Shown here: positions 8,242 to 17,604 of the stretch, in pieces | Layout of the letters: every line of letters starts with the position of its first letter | Position numbering within the stretch: the stretch's first letter is position 1 | Source: Deltaproteobacteria bacterium | Lineage (GTDB): Bacteria > Myxococcota > Myxococcia > Myxococcales > SZAS-1 | Direction: 5' to 3' | DNA: 64,000 nt | NCBI GenBank assembly: GCA_018266075.1 | Contig: JAFEBB010000025.1 | Span: 26,613-90,612 of the forward strand | The notes under the pieces: model-generated | Databases searched by the model: none | What the model was told of the DNA's origin: nothing | The model's input: only the letters and a program-made list of their open reading frames with translations | Made by a program: the position numbers and the translations under genes

Positions 8242-9630
8242 CTAGGTCGTCGGCACTGACTCGACGTTCGGCTGAGGCTGGGGCGCGTGCCGGTGGGTGG
8301 CGTGCGCGTCGGCCTTTCCGGTCTCGCCGGCGTGATCGATGGCGTACTTGAAGAGCACGGGGCCGATGGTCTCGTTCAGTCCCACGACGGCGATGAGGAT
8401 CGACGCGAGCTTCTCGCCGAAGCCAGGGAACTCGCCGGCGATGGTCACGGCCATGCCGATGGTCACGCCCGCCTGCGAGACGAGCGGGAGCCAGCCGTAG
8501 CGCTTCACCACGTCCACGTCCTTCGCCCAGCGCGCGCCGAGCTTGGCCGCGCCCAGCGTGGAGAGCGCGCGCGTTCCAGCCAGCGCCAGGGCCACCGGCC
8601 AGAGCCGCGCCAGCATGCCGAGGTCGAGGTGCGCGCCAGCGAGCGCGAAGAAGATCACGTAGACAACGCGGCCACCGGCGGCCACCGCGTCGAGGAGCCG
8701 CTCGCCCTGGGTGGTGACGTTGGCCACCACGAAGCCCGCAGTGATGAAGAGCAGCATGGCCTCGAAGTGGAAGTACGCGGTGAACTCCGAGGCGCCGTAG
8801 CCCACCACCGCCAGGAACAAGAGGAGCTCGCGTCTCACCGTGCGCAGGTAGAGGGCCACGAGCAGGCCGAGGGTGGTGCCGCAGGCGAACGAGCCCACCA
8901 GGCCAATTCCCACCTCGCGCAGGACGTCGAGCGAGAACGTGGCTCCGGGCTCGGTGAGCACACCGCACACGTTCCGCGCGAGCGCAAAGAGCACCAGCAC
9001 CACCAGGTCCAGCGCGATGACCACGCTCAGCGTCCAGCGTGTGAGCGGGCCGTCCGGGCGGAGCTGGGAGATCACCCCGAGCGCCACCGACGGCGATCGC
9101 GAGAGCGCCACCACGCCCCAGAGCAGCGCGATGCCGATCGCGGCGGGGAGGGAATGCTCGCGGAGGAACGGCACCCACGGCCGCAGCGCGACCAGCACGC
9201 CCACGCACGCGGTGGGCACGAGCAGCAGCTGCGCGCCGATGCTGGAGACCAGCGAGCGCGCCCCGCGGCTCAACAGCTCCCAGGTGAGCTCGGCCCCGGC
9301 CGAGAGGGCGATGAGGGCGAGCGCGAGGGTGTTCACCGGCTTCAGCGCCTCCACGGCCGTCTCGGGGACGGCCTTGAGCACATGCGGACCGACGAGCAGC
9401 CCCGCGAAGAGGTAGCCCGAGAGGTGCGGCAGGCCGATGCGCTCGACGAGCTCTGCGGCCACGTCGCCCGCGAGCAAGAGGAGCCCCAGCCCGAGCACCG
9501 CGCCCGCAGCGCCTGCGACCGGCCCCGAGAGCTGCCGCGCGCCGACGACGAGGCCGAGCAGCACCACCAGCGCGGCGGCCTTTCGCGCGAGCTCGCCCCA
9601 GGTGTGGCCCATGGTGCTCGTGCCGCTCAT
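8242..9630 (-). CDS. Cation:proton antiporter (Na+/H+ exchanger family)
   Basis: Track ORF 8242..10905 trimmed to ATG 9630 (MSGTSTMGHTW). Polytopic, with typical HLSGYLFAGLLVGPHVL...LALIALSAGAEL. ATGA overlap with the upstream gene. Confidence 0.85.
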   Translation of the reverse strand: MSGTSTMGHTWGELARKAAALVVLLGLVVGARQLSGPVAGAAGAVLGLGLLLLAGDVAAELVERIGLPHLSGYLFAGLLVGPHVLKAVPETAVEALKPVNTLALALIALSAGAELTWELLSRGARSLVSSIGAQLLLVPTACVGVLVALRPWVPFLREHSLPAAIGIALLWGVVALSRSPSVALGVISQLRPDGPLTRWTLSVVIALDLVVLVLFALARNVCGVLTEPGATFSLDVLREVGIGLVGSFACGTTLGLLVALYLRTVRRELLLFLAVVGYGASEFTAYFHFEAMLLFITAGFVVANVTTQGERLLDAVAAGGRVVYVIFFALAGAHLDLGMLARLWPVALALAGTRALSTLGAAKLGARWAKDVDVVKRYGWLPLVSQAGVTIGMAVTIAGEFPGFGEKLASILIAVVGLNETIGPVLFKYAIDHAGETGKADAHATHRHAPQPQPNVESVPTT

Positions 9631-10817
9631 GGCGCGGGCTCCGGGGCGGTGGCCATCTCGCCGGAGCGCGCCAGCAGCGCGCGCAAGAGCGGCGTTCCCA
9701 GGAAGTCGCCGAGCAGGGCCATGGCCACCGCGCTCGAGAGCAGCAGGTCCGCCCCGCTCGGCGGCAGGCTTCGCGCGAGGGCCAGGGTCACGCCGAACGC
9801 GGTGCCGCCCGCGCCCAGCAGGCCCGTTCCGAAGTCGTGCCGCCGCGACGCAGCCGGGAGCAGCGGCGCCGCCACCCAGCCGCTCAAGAGCTTGGACAGC
9901 GCGCGCAACGCGGCCGCAGCGGCGCCGAGCGCGAGCGCGGTCCAACCTGCGGTGAGCGAGGCGCCGCCCAGGAGGAGCAGGGTGAGCACTGCCGGCCGCT
10001 CGGTGGAGCGGGTGAGCTCCTCGAGCGCCTCGGCATGCGGCGAAGCGATGCCCACCGTCCAGCCCGCGAGCGCGGCCACCGCCACGGCTGCCAACCCCAG
10101 CGACGCGGCCAGCCCGGTCGCCAGTGCGCAGGCACCGAAGAGCGCAATCCAGCCCAGGTCGCCGCGGAAGGCCTCGCGCCCGAGCAGCAGCGCCACGACG
10201 ATTCCCAAGCCCATGCCGAGCGACAGCGTCGCGGCCGCGGGCGCCCACACGTGCGCGGCGAGTCCCGGCGACGGCGCGAGCCTGGGAACGAGCAGCGCCG
10301 CCGCGCCGAGCAGCACCGCGTCGTCGAGGGTGCTCACCGCCTCGAGCGCATCGGAGACGCCGCCCTTGGCGCCGAGCTGCGCGCGGGCCCACGCGGACGA
10401 GGCCTTGGTCGTCGCCGAGCCGACGGCGGCGATGGCCCACGCACTGGCGCCGTCGAGGTCCACCACGCCCGCGCGCACCACCGCCTCGAGCAAGCCGCGC
10501 AGCACCAGCAGGCACACCAGCGGCTCCACCAGGCTGGCCAGTCGCATGCGCCAGCCGATCCCCGCGAGCGCGCGCGGCCGCACGCGGAGCCCGAAGCGCA
10601 GCCCGAGCCACGCCACGGCGAGCAGCTCCGCGGGTCGCAGGGCCTCGAGCAGATCGGCGGAGATGGCGTCGAGGCCAACCGGACCCATGGCCACGCCGAT
10701 GAGCGCGAACTCCGAGCCCGTCACCCAGCCGTAGCCCGCGCGACCGCCGCGCTCGAGCAGGATCGCCGTGGCCACCGCGAGGGCAGCCAGCGCCGCCAGC
10801 GGTAGGACGGCCGTCAT
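9627..10817 (-). CDS. Cation:proton antiporter-like membrane protein (second paralogue)
   Basis: 396-aa polytopic protein with GSEFALIGVAMGPVGL...AVAWLGLRFGLRV, resembling the Na_H_exchanger N-terminus. ATGA overlaps at both ends (9627-9630, 10814-10817). Confidence 0.7.
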   Translation of the reverse strand: MTAVLPLAALAALAVATAILLERGGRAGYGWVTGSEFALIGVAMGPVGLDAISADLLEALRPAELLAVAWLGLRFGLRVRPRALAGIGWRMRLASLVEPLVCLLVLRGLLEAVVRAGVVDLDGASAWAIAAVGSATTKASSAWARAQLGAKGGVSDALEAVSTLDDAVLLGAAALLVPRLAPSPGLAAHVWAPAAATLSLGMGLGIVVALLLGREAFRGDLGWIALFGACALATGLAASLGLAAVAVAALAGWTVGIASPHAEALEELTRSTERPAVLTLLLLGGASLTAGWTALALGAAAAALRALSKLLSGWVAAPLLPAASRRHDFGTGLLGAGGTAFGVTLALARSLPPSGADLLLSSAVAMALLGDFLGTPLLRALLARSGEMATAPEPAP

Positions 10818-12298
10818 GCCTGCTCCTTCGCGCGCGGTTCAGCGGGCGTCCGCGTGGCTTCCTCCAGGGCCAGCAGCAGCGGCGAGCGGAGCGACCGCAT
10901 CGCATCGGGAACGGTGACCCGGAACTGCGCCAGCGACGGCGTCACGCCGACGAGCTCGACCATGGGCGTCGTCTTGATGTTCGCGGTTGCGGCCACGCGC
11001 TGGGCGCTCGCGAGCAGCGCCTCGAGCGCCTGCTGCGGCGCCATCGACGCGCGCGCGACCGGAAGCTCGACCACGAGCACCGGCGCGGACATCAGATTCT
11101 CCACGCTGCTCCAAAGCGCGAGCAGGTGCGGCACGCGCAGCTCGCCGCCGCCGTCGGGCACGAGCCGCACATGAAAGAAGTCGACGCTGCTCACCTCGCC
11201 GAGGAGCTCCTTGCCGGTCGGGAGCCCCACGCGCAGCCAGATGCCGCCCGGATACTGGTTGGTGAAGAGCGCGTACACGCCCACGGCCACGTTCGCGAGC
11301 AGCGGCACGCTGGCGAGGCCGGCCACGGAGAGCAGCACCAGGCCGACGGCGTCGAAGAGCCCGCCCTCGCTGCCGAGCACCAGCGGCAGCACCATCAGGC
11401 CACCGACCACGAGCACGGCGCGCGCGATCAGCCGCGCGGGGATCATCTGGTGCGCGGCGAAGGCGCCCGGCGTGTCGCGGCCGGCCATGCGCGCGAAGCC
11501 GACCGTGATGCCGCGCCAGCCGCCGCGGACCACCGCCAGCACCACCAGCAACAGCAAGAGGTTCGGCAGGCCGTGCACCAGCCGCTCGCCCAGCGCGCGG
11601 AACGGCGCGGCCGCCCAGAGCGCGAGCCGGTCGCGGAACGGCCGCGCGGCCTCGAAGAGCGAGAGGCTCACGAGCAGGAAGACGTAGATCGCGCTCAGCG
11701 TCACCGCGATGCGCAAGGCCGAGAGCGCGAAGAGCCACGCGCCGCGGGAGCGCGTGTTCACGATGCCCAGCTTCTGCACGGTCGCGGGCAGGATCTCCTC
11801 GCCGCGCTCGAGGCGCTGCTCGAACGCGCGGGTGGCCCGGTAGAACGCGCGCAGGAGCACCCAGACCAGCACGCCGAAGAAGACCGCGAGGCTGACGCCG
11901 AGCACGCCGCGCTGGAGCTTGGCCCGACGGCGCTCCTTGGTGACGAAGCTCTGCAGATTGCTCTGCACGCGCGGGCCGTAGTCGGCGAGGGCGGTGGCGC
12001 CGTCGGCGCGGGCGTCGTCGTCGGAGAGCTGGAAGAGCAAGCGGCCGTCGCCGAGGACGTCCGCGCGATCGCCGTGGGGCACGACCTGCACTTCGCCCGG
12101 CGACTCCTCGTCGATGATCGCGCCCAGGCCCGCGCTGGCCTCGTTCGCGCGCTGCGACGCCGTCCGGGCACCCAGCGGCGCACGGAAGGTGAACGCCACG
12201 TGGTCGTGCACCTTGGCGCTCGCGGTCGCCTCGGGGCCGTCGGCGCGCGCCGGCAGCGCGGCCACCAGCATCACGATTGTGAACATTCCTTTCAGCAT
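10814..12298 (-). CDS. Mechanosensitive ion channel (MscS-family) protein
   Basis: Track ORF 10814..13138 trimmed to ATG 12298 (MLKGMFTIVMLVAALPARA signal). Several TM helices, then an MscS-like beta domain (LFTNQYPGGIWLRVGLPTGKELLGEVSSVDFFHVRL). Confidence 0.8.
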   Translation of the reverse strand: MLKGMFTIVMLVAALPARADGPEATASAKVHDHVAFTFRAPLGARTASQRANEASAGLGAIIDEESPGEVQVVPHGDRADVLGDGRLLFQLSDDDARADGATALADYGPRVQSNLQSFVTKERRRAKLQRGVLGVSLAVFFGVLVWVLLRAFYRATRAFEQRLERGEEILPATVQKLGIVNTRSRGAWLFALSALRIAVTLSAIYVFLLVSLSLFEAARPFRDRLALWAAAPFRALGERLVHGLPNLLLLLVVLAVVRGGWRGITVGFARMAGRDTPGAFAAHQMIPARLIARAVLVVGGLMVLPLVLGSEGGLFDAVGLVLLSVAGLASVPLLANVAVGVYALFTNQYPGGIWLRVGLPTGKELLGEVSSVDFFHVRLVPDGGGELRVPHLLALWSSVENLMSAPVLVVELPVARASMAPQQALEALLASAQRVAATANIKTTPMVELVGVTPSLAQFRVTVPDAMRSLRSPLLLALEEATRTPAEPRAKEQA

Positions 12299-12418
12299 GG
12301 CGCCCGATAGCGTCGCTGTGTCGCTGGGCCATGTCGAGGGTCGAGAGGCCGCAATCGCCCGTCTGGTGGATTTTTCCGCACGCTCCCCGCGCATCGATGA
12401 GGGAGCGCGCCTGCTCGC

Positions 12419-13678
12419 TTGATGAGGCGCCCGACGCAAACTTTGCGATGCGCCGCCGGCCCAAACGGCGCTATCTCCCGCCCCGTGAACACGCTCAACT
12501 GTCCCCAATGCGGCGCAGCGATGGCCATCGACGCCGAGAAGCGCGAGGCGCGCTGCGGCCAGTGCGGCGAGGTCCGCAAGCTCGAGCTCGTTACCGAAGG
12601 TTCCGACCAGCGTGCCCGCGAAGCGCTCGGCGCGCCGCCGTTCGCGCTCAAGCTCATGGTCGCAGGGGTGCTCATCGCGGCAGCCATGTTCCCGGTGCTG
12701 CGCTGGTGGGAGCAGCAGATCAAGCCGCGCTCTTCGAAGGCCGAGGCTCCCGTCGCGCCCGCGACCATGGCCTGGGACGTGACCTTTCCGCCGCTGCTCC
12801 GCGACTTGAACGGCGACGGCGTGCAAGACGTCATCGGCCGCTTCCGTCCGCTCGATGAAGCGCAACCGACCATGCGCGTGGGCGCGTTCGATGGCGCCAC
12901 GTTGAAGCCGCTCTGGACCACGGGCTCGCTCGGCGATTGGGCCGATGGGCTCGGGTCGGTGCAGCTCGCGCTCACGGGCAACGCGCTCCTGATCACCGAC
13001 GCGCACGGCGGCGTGGAGGTCCGCGACGCCAGCATCGGCGGCGTGTCCAAACGGTTTGCGCTGCCGGGCGTGGCGAGCCAGGCGTGCGCGTCGCCAGATG
13101 GGACGGTGAAGTTCTTCGTGGTCACGCAGGGCGACCAAGGCGCGATGGTCGAAGACAGCGTGCCCCAGCCGACGCCGGGCTCGCGTCCCGCGTGGTGTCC
13201 GCGGCCTGCGGCCTCAGCCGGCCCGCAGGCGCACCAGCTCTCGGCCAAGAGCGCGCCCGACGTCCCCGGGCTCGCGACCTCGCTCGTGCTCAACGAGGGC
13301 ACGAACGCCGTGGCGCTCGGGCTGGAGAGCGGGCTGCCCACGCTCGTCGGGTTCGATCCCAGCCGGCCCGGCGTGCGGTGGAAGCAGCCCGTGACCCTCG
13401 AGAATGATCAGGTCCGCAAGGAGGTGCCGCTCGGCGCGGATCTCGTGGCCGGCATCGTCTACGTGCCGTACCAGGTGGCGGCGGGGCGGCGCTTGCTGGC
13501 CGTCGAGGCGTCTTCGGGCCAGCGGCGCTGGGACATCGCCATCCCCGGGCAAGGGCTCGGCACCGCGCCCTGGGAGCGCATCGTCGCCACCGGGTCGCGG
13601 GTGTTCGTGCCTGGTCCGCTCGGCCTCGCCGTGTTCGACGCGCAGACCGGCAAGCCGCTCGGCCGGCTCGGGTCCTGA
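12419..13678 (+). CDS. Zinc-ribbon / single-TM / beta-propeller-like (PQQ or FG-GAP-type repeat) protein
   Basis: CPQCGAAM...CGQCG zinc ribbon, TM helix LMVAGVLIAAAMFPVL, DLNGDGVQDVIG and repeat-like C-terminus. The true start may be GTG 12485 (VNTLNCPQCG). Confidence 0.7.
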   Translation: MMRRPTQTLRCAAGPNGAISRPVNTLNCPQCGAAMAIDAEKREARCGQCGEVRKLELVTEGSDQRAREALGAPPFALKLMVAGVLIAAAMFPVLRWWEQQIKPRSSKAEAPVAPATMAWDVTFPPLLRDLNGDGVQDVIGRFRPLDEAQPTMRVGAFDGATLKPLWTTGSLGDWADGLGSVQLALTGNALLITDAHGGVEVRDASIGGVSKRFALPGVASQACASPDGTVKFFVVTQGDQGAMVEDSVPQPTPGSRPAWCPRPAASAGPQAHQLSAKSAPDVPGLATSLVLNEGTNAVALGLESGLPTLVGFDPSRPGVRWKQPVTLENDQVRKEVPLGADLVAGIVYVPYQVAAGRRLLAVEASSGQRRWDIAIPGQGLGTAPWERIVATGSRVFVPGPLGLAVFDAQTGKPLGRLGS

Positions 13679-13720
13679 CTGCCGTAGCGATTTGTGAACT
13701 GTGGTATCGAACGCGCCAGC

Positions 13721-15151
13721 ATGCACGCCTCCGACGCACCCGCTCCCGTCGCACCGCCGCCAGATGCGCCGATCGCGCCGGTGACGCCGGAGCCGGTCGC
13801 GCCGCCGCCTACGCCTGTGCCAAAGCGCGGCCCGCGCGCGTGGTACGGCGGGCTCTCGCGCGAGGCGCGCTGGGTGTTCTGGGCGACCCTGATCTCGGGC
13901 GTGTGGCGCTTGCTGTTCGTCGGCTTCATCCACCAGCCGTGGAAGCTTGACTTCAGCGACATGCACAACTACTACATCGCGGCCCAGCACTACGCGGACC
14001 TGGGCCGCTCCACGGACACCGGCGACTGGTATTACCCCAGCGGCACCGCGGCGATGATCGGCTTCTGGATCCTGATCTTCGGCTTGAACGTGGGGAAGGT
14101 GCTCGCGGCGCTCTTCCAAGCCTTGCTTTCCACGGCGGTCATTCCGCTCACGTACGTCGCGGGGCGACGCTTCTTCAGCGATGCGCGCGTGGGCACCTGG
14201 GCTGCGCTGCTCTACAGCGTGCACTACCTGCCCATGGGCTTCGCCGGCATGTACATGTCGGAGACGTACCTCACCATCGGGCTCGCGGCTGCGTTGGCGC
14301 TGCTCGATCCCGCGAAGCCGAAGTCGGCGTTCAAGGCCGGGCTCGCGCTGGGCTATGGAGCGTGGGCGAAGAGCCAGGCGTTCCTGCTCGCGCCGCTCTG
14401 GGCGCTGCTCTGGCTCTGGCGCGGCCGGCGTTGGAAGCCGGGCATCGCGGTCGGTGTCGCGGTGGTGATGTGCCTGGTGCCGATCTCGATCGTCGCGACG
14501 GTGAAGAGCGGGGTGCCCGCATTCATCTCCACCAACGGCGGCCAGACGTTCGCGCTGGGCCAGTGCCCGATTCGCTCGATCGTCTACGAGCACCCCAAGG
14601 AGCACTGGCGCATCGGCTGGAGCGCGCCGGACCTGAATCAGCGCACGCCGCGCGGCGAAGTTGAGGCCAGCTGGGGCGATGCGATCTTCAACGAGCCCTT
14701 CAACCACTCCAGCTACTACATGAAGGTCGGGCTCGACTGCATCCGCCGCTACCCGAAGAACGCGCTGCGCGCGATGTTCTACCACGTGGCCGACACGTTC
14801 TCGGGGCCGCCCTGGTCGAACATCGTGCCCTGGCCGGACTCACACAACGGCTACTACGTGCCCACGATGATCTCGAACTTGTTCCTCGCGTACTTCATCG
14901 CGCCGCTCGCGTTCTTCGGGCTCTGGAAGAAGCGCCACGAGGACGGAATCTGGCTCGCGTTCGGGCTTCCGTTCACGTCGCTGCTCGCGAGCGCCGTGCT
15001 CTTCCACGGCGACCCGCGCTTCCGCGAGCCGTACGACTTCATGTTCATGCTCGCGGGCATGCAGGGCTGGTTCATCCTGCGTGACCGCTGGCGCGCTCGG
15101 AAGACGCCGCCCGCTGTCGCCGCCGAGCAGCCGACGACGATCGCCGCTTAG
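13721..15151 (+). CDS. GT-C fold membrane glycosyltransferase (ArnT / PMT_2-like)
   Basis: Track ORF 13694..15151, ATG 13721 preferred. Pro-rich cytoplasmic N-terminus, more than 10 predicted TM helices, and a size and loop pattern typical of family 39/83-like transferases. Confidence 0.7.
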   Translation: MHASDAPAPVAPPPDAPIAPVTPEPVAPPPTPVPKRGPRAWYGGLSREARWVFWATLISGVWRLLFVGFIHQPWKLDFSDMHNYYIAAQHYADLGRSTDTGDWYYPSGTAAMIGFWILIFGLNVGKVLAALFQALLSTAVIPLTYVAGRRFFSDARVGTWAALLYSVHYLPMGFAGMYMSETYLTIGLAAALALLDPAKPKSAFKAGLALGYGAWAKSQAFLLAPLWALLWLWRGRRWKPGIAVGVAVVMCLVPISIVATVKSGVPAFISTNGGQTFALGQCPIRSIVYEHPKEHWRIGWSAPDLNQRTPRGEVEASWGDAIFNEPFNHSSYYMKVGLDCIRRYPKNALRAMFYHVADTFSGPPWSNIVPWPDSHNGYYVPTMISNLFLAYFIAPLAFFGLWKKRHEDGIWLAFGLPFTSLLASAVLFHGDPRFREPYDFMFMLAGMQGWFILRDRWRARKTPPAVAAEQPTTIAA

Positions 15152-15624
15152 TACTCCGCGCCGCCGCAATCGACGGGATCGATTCCGGTCACCGTCACGC
15201 TCACCGCGGGGTTGTCGCCCGCGTTGATCTGGTCGATGGGCGCCTTGAAGCCGATGCCCACCAACTTGTGGCTGCTGTCGATGGCCTCGACGACGAGCAG
15301 CACCTGCTTCGCCGGCGGAATCCCCGTCACCGTGGCGTTCTGTGTTCCCGTGCCGGAGATGGGGATCACCTGCGACGGGTGCTGCTTGCCGTCGGCGCCG
15401 GTGAGCTGCAGCGTCTGGTCCGCGGGGATCCAGGTCTTGGTGCAGGTGTTCTGGTGCGAGAGCGGATCGAACTTGGAGCTCGGCGCCGCGAGGATGACCT
15501 GGAGCTCGGCCACACTGCTCGGCGCGACGCCTTGAATCGTCAGGGCGATCGGCATCTGCGGCCCGCCGCTCGGCTCGCCGCCGCAGCCACACAGCGCGAT
15601 CATCGCCAGCGCGAGCCGCCTCAT
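15148..15624 (-). CDS. Hypothetical lipoprotein
   Basis: Track ORF 15148..15726 trimmed to ATG 15624. MRRLALAMIALCGC gives a lipobox. ATGA overlap with the upstream gene stop (15621-15624). Confidence 0.7.
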   Translation of the reverse strand: MRRLALAMIALCGCGGEPSGGPQMPIALTIQGVAPSSVAELQVILAAPSSKFDPLSHQNTCTKTWIPADQTLQLTGADGKQHPSQVIPISGTGTQNATVTGIPPAKQVLLVVEAIDSSHKLVGIGFKAPIDQINAGDNPAVSVTVTGIDPVDCGGAEY

Positions 15625-16562
15625 TGGAAGTTGACCGTGAGCGGCAACGTGCCCGTCTTGGGCCGCGAGAGGAAGTAGTAGGTCGCGCCGCCGCCGGCGA
15701 CGGCCGCCACGCCGACCGCAGTCCACACGTACCAGTGCTGGTACCAGGCCGTGTCATCGGCCGCCGTGTCCGGGCCGGGCGGGGGCGTGGTGATGGGTCC
15801 TCCCGTTTCGGGCGCGCGCACGCGGACGGTGAGCGGGGTGAGCGCGTCGCCCTTGCCTGCGAGCCGCCGGCCGGCGGCGTCGTCGACCTCGAGGTAGTAC
15901 TCGATGGCGAAGGGCGCGTCGGCCACGGGCAGCTCGTCGGCCGGGAGCACGCCGCCCGCTTGTTCACCTTTTGGTTTCAAATCGACGGCGCCGTAGGCCT
16001 CGCTGCCCACGCGCCGATAGAAGAAGTGCACCCGCGCGCTCGAGGGCAGGTCGTGCACCGTGGCGCTGATGGCCGCGGGTCCGCCGGCGGCGAGCTTGTC
16101 CAGCGCGTCGAAGTCGAGCGTCACCGGCTTCACCCGGCGCGCGCGCACGTCGGCCTGCACCTCGGAGAAGAGCTCCTTGATCTTCGGGGCAGTGCCCTTG
16201 GGCAGCTCGTAGTCCGGCCGCGCCTGGAACAGCTTCTCGAGCGCCCGCCGAGCCTCCGACCGATTGCCGCGGTAGAGCGCCACGATGCCTTGCAAACGAT
16301 ATATCTCGACGAGCGCGTCGTCCGAGTTGTCCTGCAAGAGGGCCTTCTGGAGCTCGGCCTGCGCCTTGTCGAGCTGGCCGGCGTCGAGCGCGGATTGTGC
16401 GGTGCCGATGTGAGGGTTCTGCGGGAAGGCGTCCTCGGCCCAGGTCAGGCCCGGGGCCGTCCAGAGCGTCAGGCAGAGGATGGCCGCTACCGCGCGCGCT
16501 CGCAGACCGGACCGGTGGCGGGTGGCTGGTGGCTGGTGCCTGGCCGCGAGGGCAGCTCGCAT
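15621..16562 (-). CDS. Hypothetical exported protein, TPR-like N-terminal region and C-terminal TM anchor
   Basis: Track ORF 15621..17345 trimmed to ATG 16562. Signal-like AVAAILCLTLWTAPGLTWA, TPR-like helices, C-terminal WYVWTAVGVAAVAGGGATYYFL. Confidence 0.7.
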   Translation of the reverse strand: MRAALAARHQPPATRHRSGLRARAVAAILCLTLWTAPGLTWAEDAFPQNPHIGTAQSALDAGQLDKAQAELQKALLQDNSDDALVEIYRLQGIVALYRGNRSEARRALEKLFQARPDYELPKGTAPKIKELFSEVQADVRARRVKPVTLDFDALDKLAAGGPAAISATVHDLPSSARVHFFYRRVGSEAYGAVDLKPKGEQAGGVLPADELPVADAPFAIEYYLEVDDAAGRRLAGKGDALTPLTVRVRAPETGGPITTPPPGPDTAADDTAWYQHWYVWTAVGVAAVAGGGATYYFLSRPKTGTLPLTVNFQ

Positions 16563-16654
16563 GGGGGCCGAGCGTACTGGCCATGGCCTAAACGGGCAAA
16601 CGTCGTGATGATTTTTCACCCGCCGGGGTCGCAATACGCGCCCGGCCCGCTCGG

Positions 16655-16682
16655 TTGACAGGGGGGGACCCCTGCGTATACT
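16655..16682 (+). promoter_or_regulatory. Sigma-70-like promoter for yceD-rpmF(-fab)
   Basis: TTGACA (16655-16660), 16-nt spacer, TATACT (16677-16682), 27 nt upstream of the yceD ATG. Confidence 0.45.
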
Positions 16683-16709
16683 GCGCGGCCCTTTTCGAGC
16701 CCGTCCGTC

Positions 16710-17303
16710 ATGCAATTCATCATCAAGATCGAGGAGATCCGCGAGAAGGGCGGCCTCGACTACGACCGCGAGCTGCCCAACGCCTTCCTCGAGCTGCTGC
16801 TCGGCGGCGGCCCGGAGTCCGCCTTCCACGCCGTGGGCAACGGCCGCTTCGGCGGGCACTTCGACAGGCTTCCCGGCCGCGTGCTCTTCAAGGGCAAGAT
16901 CGACCTCACGGTGCGCGCGCCGTGTAAGCGCTGCCTCACCGACGTGGTGAAGAAGTCGCCCATCGAGTTCCGCATGACCTGGGTGCACGAGCGCCCGGAC
17001 GTCCAGGCGGCCCTCGAGGACGCGGGCATCGACGAGGTGTCCGACGCCGAGGGCCCCGGCCGCGGCTCCTTCGACGATGGCGACGTGGACACCGAGCCCT
17101 TCGACGGCGAGAAGATCGATCTGGACAGCATGATCCGCGAGCAGATCCTGCTCAACCTGCCCATGGACGTGCTCTGCAAGCCCGAGTGCAAGGGCCTCTG
17201 CAGCGTCTGCGGGCAGGACCTCAACGAGAAGGACTGCGGCCACGATCAGAAGGTGCCGGACCCGCGCTGGGCCGCGCTGAAGAACCTCAAGCTTCCCAAC
17301 TGA
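16710..17303 (+). CDS. yceD: YceD/DUF177 family protein
   Basis: Cys motifs CKRC...CSVCGQDLN, an acidic central region, and the conserved position directly upstream of rpmF. Confidence 0.9.
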   Translation: MQFIIKIEEIREKGGLDYDRELPNAFLELLLGGGPESAFHAVGNGRFGGHFDRLPGRVLFKGKIDLTVRAPCKRCLTDVVKKSPIEFRMTWVHERPDVQAALEDAGIDEVSDAEGPGRGSFDDGDVDTEPFDGEKIDLDSMIREQILLNLPMDVLCKPECKGLCSVCGQDLNEKDCGHDQKVPDPRWAALKNLKLPN

Positions 17304-17368
17304 CTTGACCTCGCCCTCGGAGGGCGTGCTATCTGGCGCCCGCAATAGGCGTTTGAAGGAGATTCATC

Positions 17369-17548
17369 GTGGGCGTTCCCAAGAAGCGGATGAGCGCGCA
17401 GAAGCGCGACCAGCGGCGGGCGAACTGGAAGTTCACCCCCGTGGCAGTCGTCGAGTGCCCCAAGTGCAAGGAGCCCAAGGCTCCGCACCAGGTGTGCCCG
17501 AGCTGTGGCTCGTACAACGACCGCCAGGTCGTGACGGCCAAAGAGTAG
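17369..17548 (+). CDS. rpmF: 50S ribosomal protein L32
   Basis: Absent from the track (59 aa). GTG start preceded by AAGGAGA (17356-17362). Translation: VGVPKKRMSAQKRDQRRANWKFTPVAVVECPKCKEPKAPHQVCPSCGSYNDRQVVTAKE. Confidence 0.9.
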   Translation: MGVPKKRMSAQKRDQRRANWKFTPVAVVECPKCKEPKAPHQVCPSCGSYNDRQVVTAKE

Positions 17549-17565
17549 CGACTGGCTCTTTGCAT

Positions 17566-17604
17566 GAATGCCAGGCTGCCGCGCGTGCGGCGGTCTCGGC
17601 ATTC
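17566..17604 (+). terminator. Long hairpin after rpmF (terminator/attenuator candidate)
   Basis: GAATGCC...GGCATTC outer stem plus inner CUGCCGC/GCGGCGG stem (about 17 bp with wobbles and one bulge, 4-nt loop), followed by GTGTTTCC. Confidence 0.45.

Noticed and set aside
8287-10734. 815-aa plus-strand ORF across the antiporter genes
   Set aside because: Antisense to two polytopic transporter genes that are coupled by ATGA overlaps. The product is highly charged Arg/Glu/His-rich sequence with no motifs.
8242-10905. Reading the 887-aa track ORF as a single gene
   Set aside because: Only the C-terminal 462 aa (from ATG 9630) look like a transporter. The N-terminal ~425 aa are Arg/Gly/Ala-rich and overlap, out of frame, the well-formed membrane protein 9627..10817.
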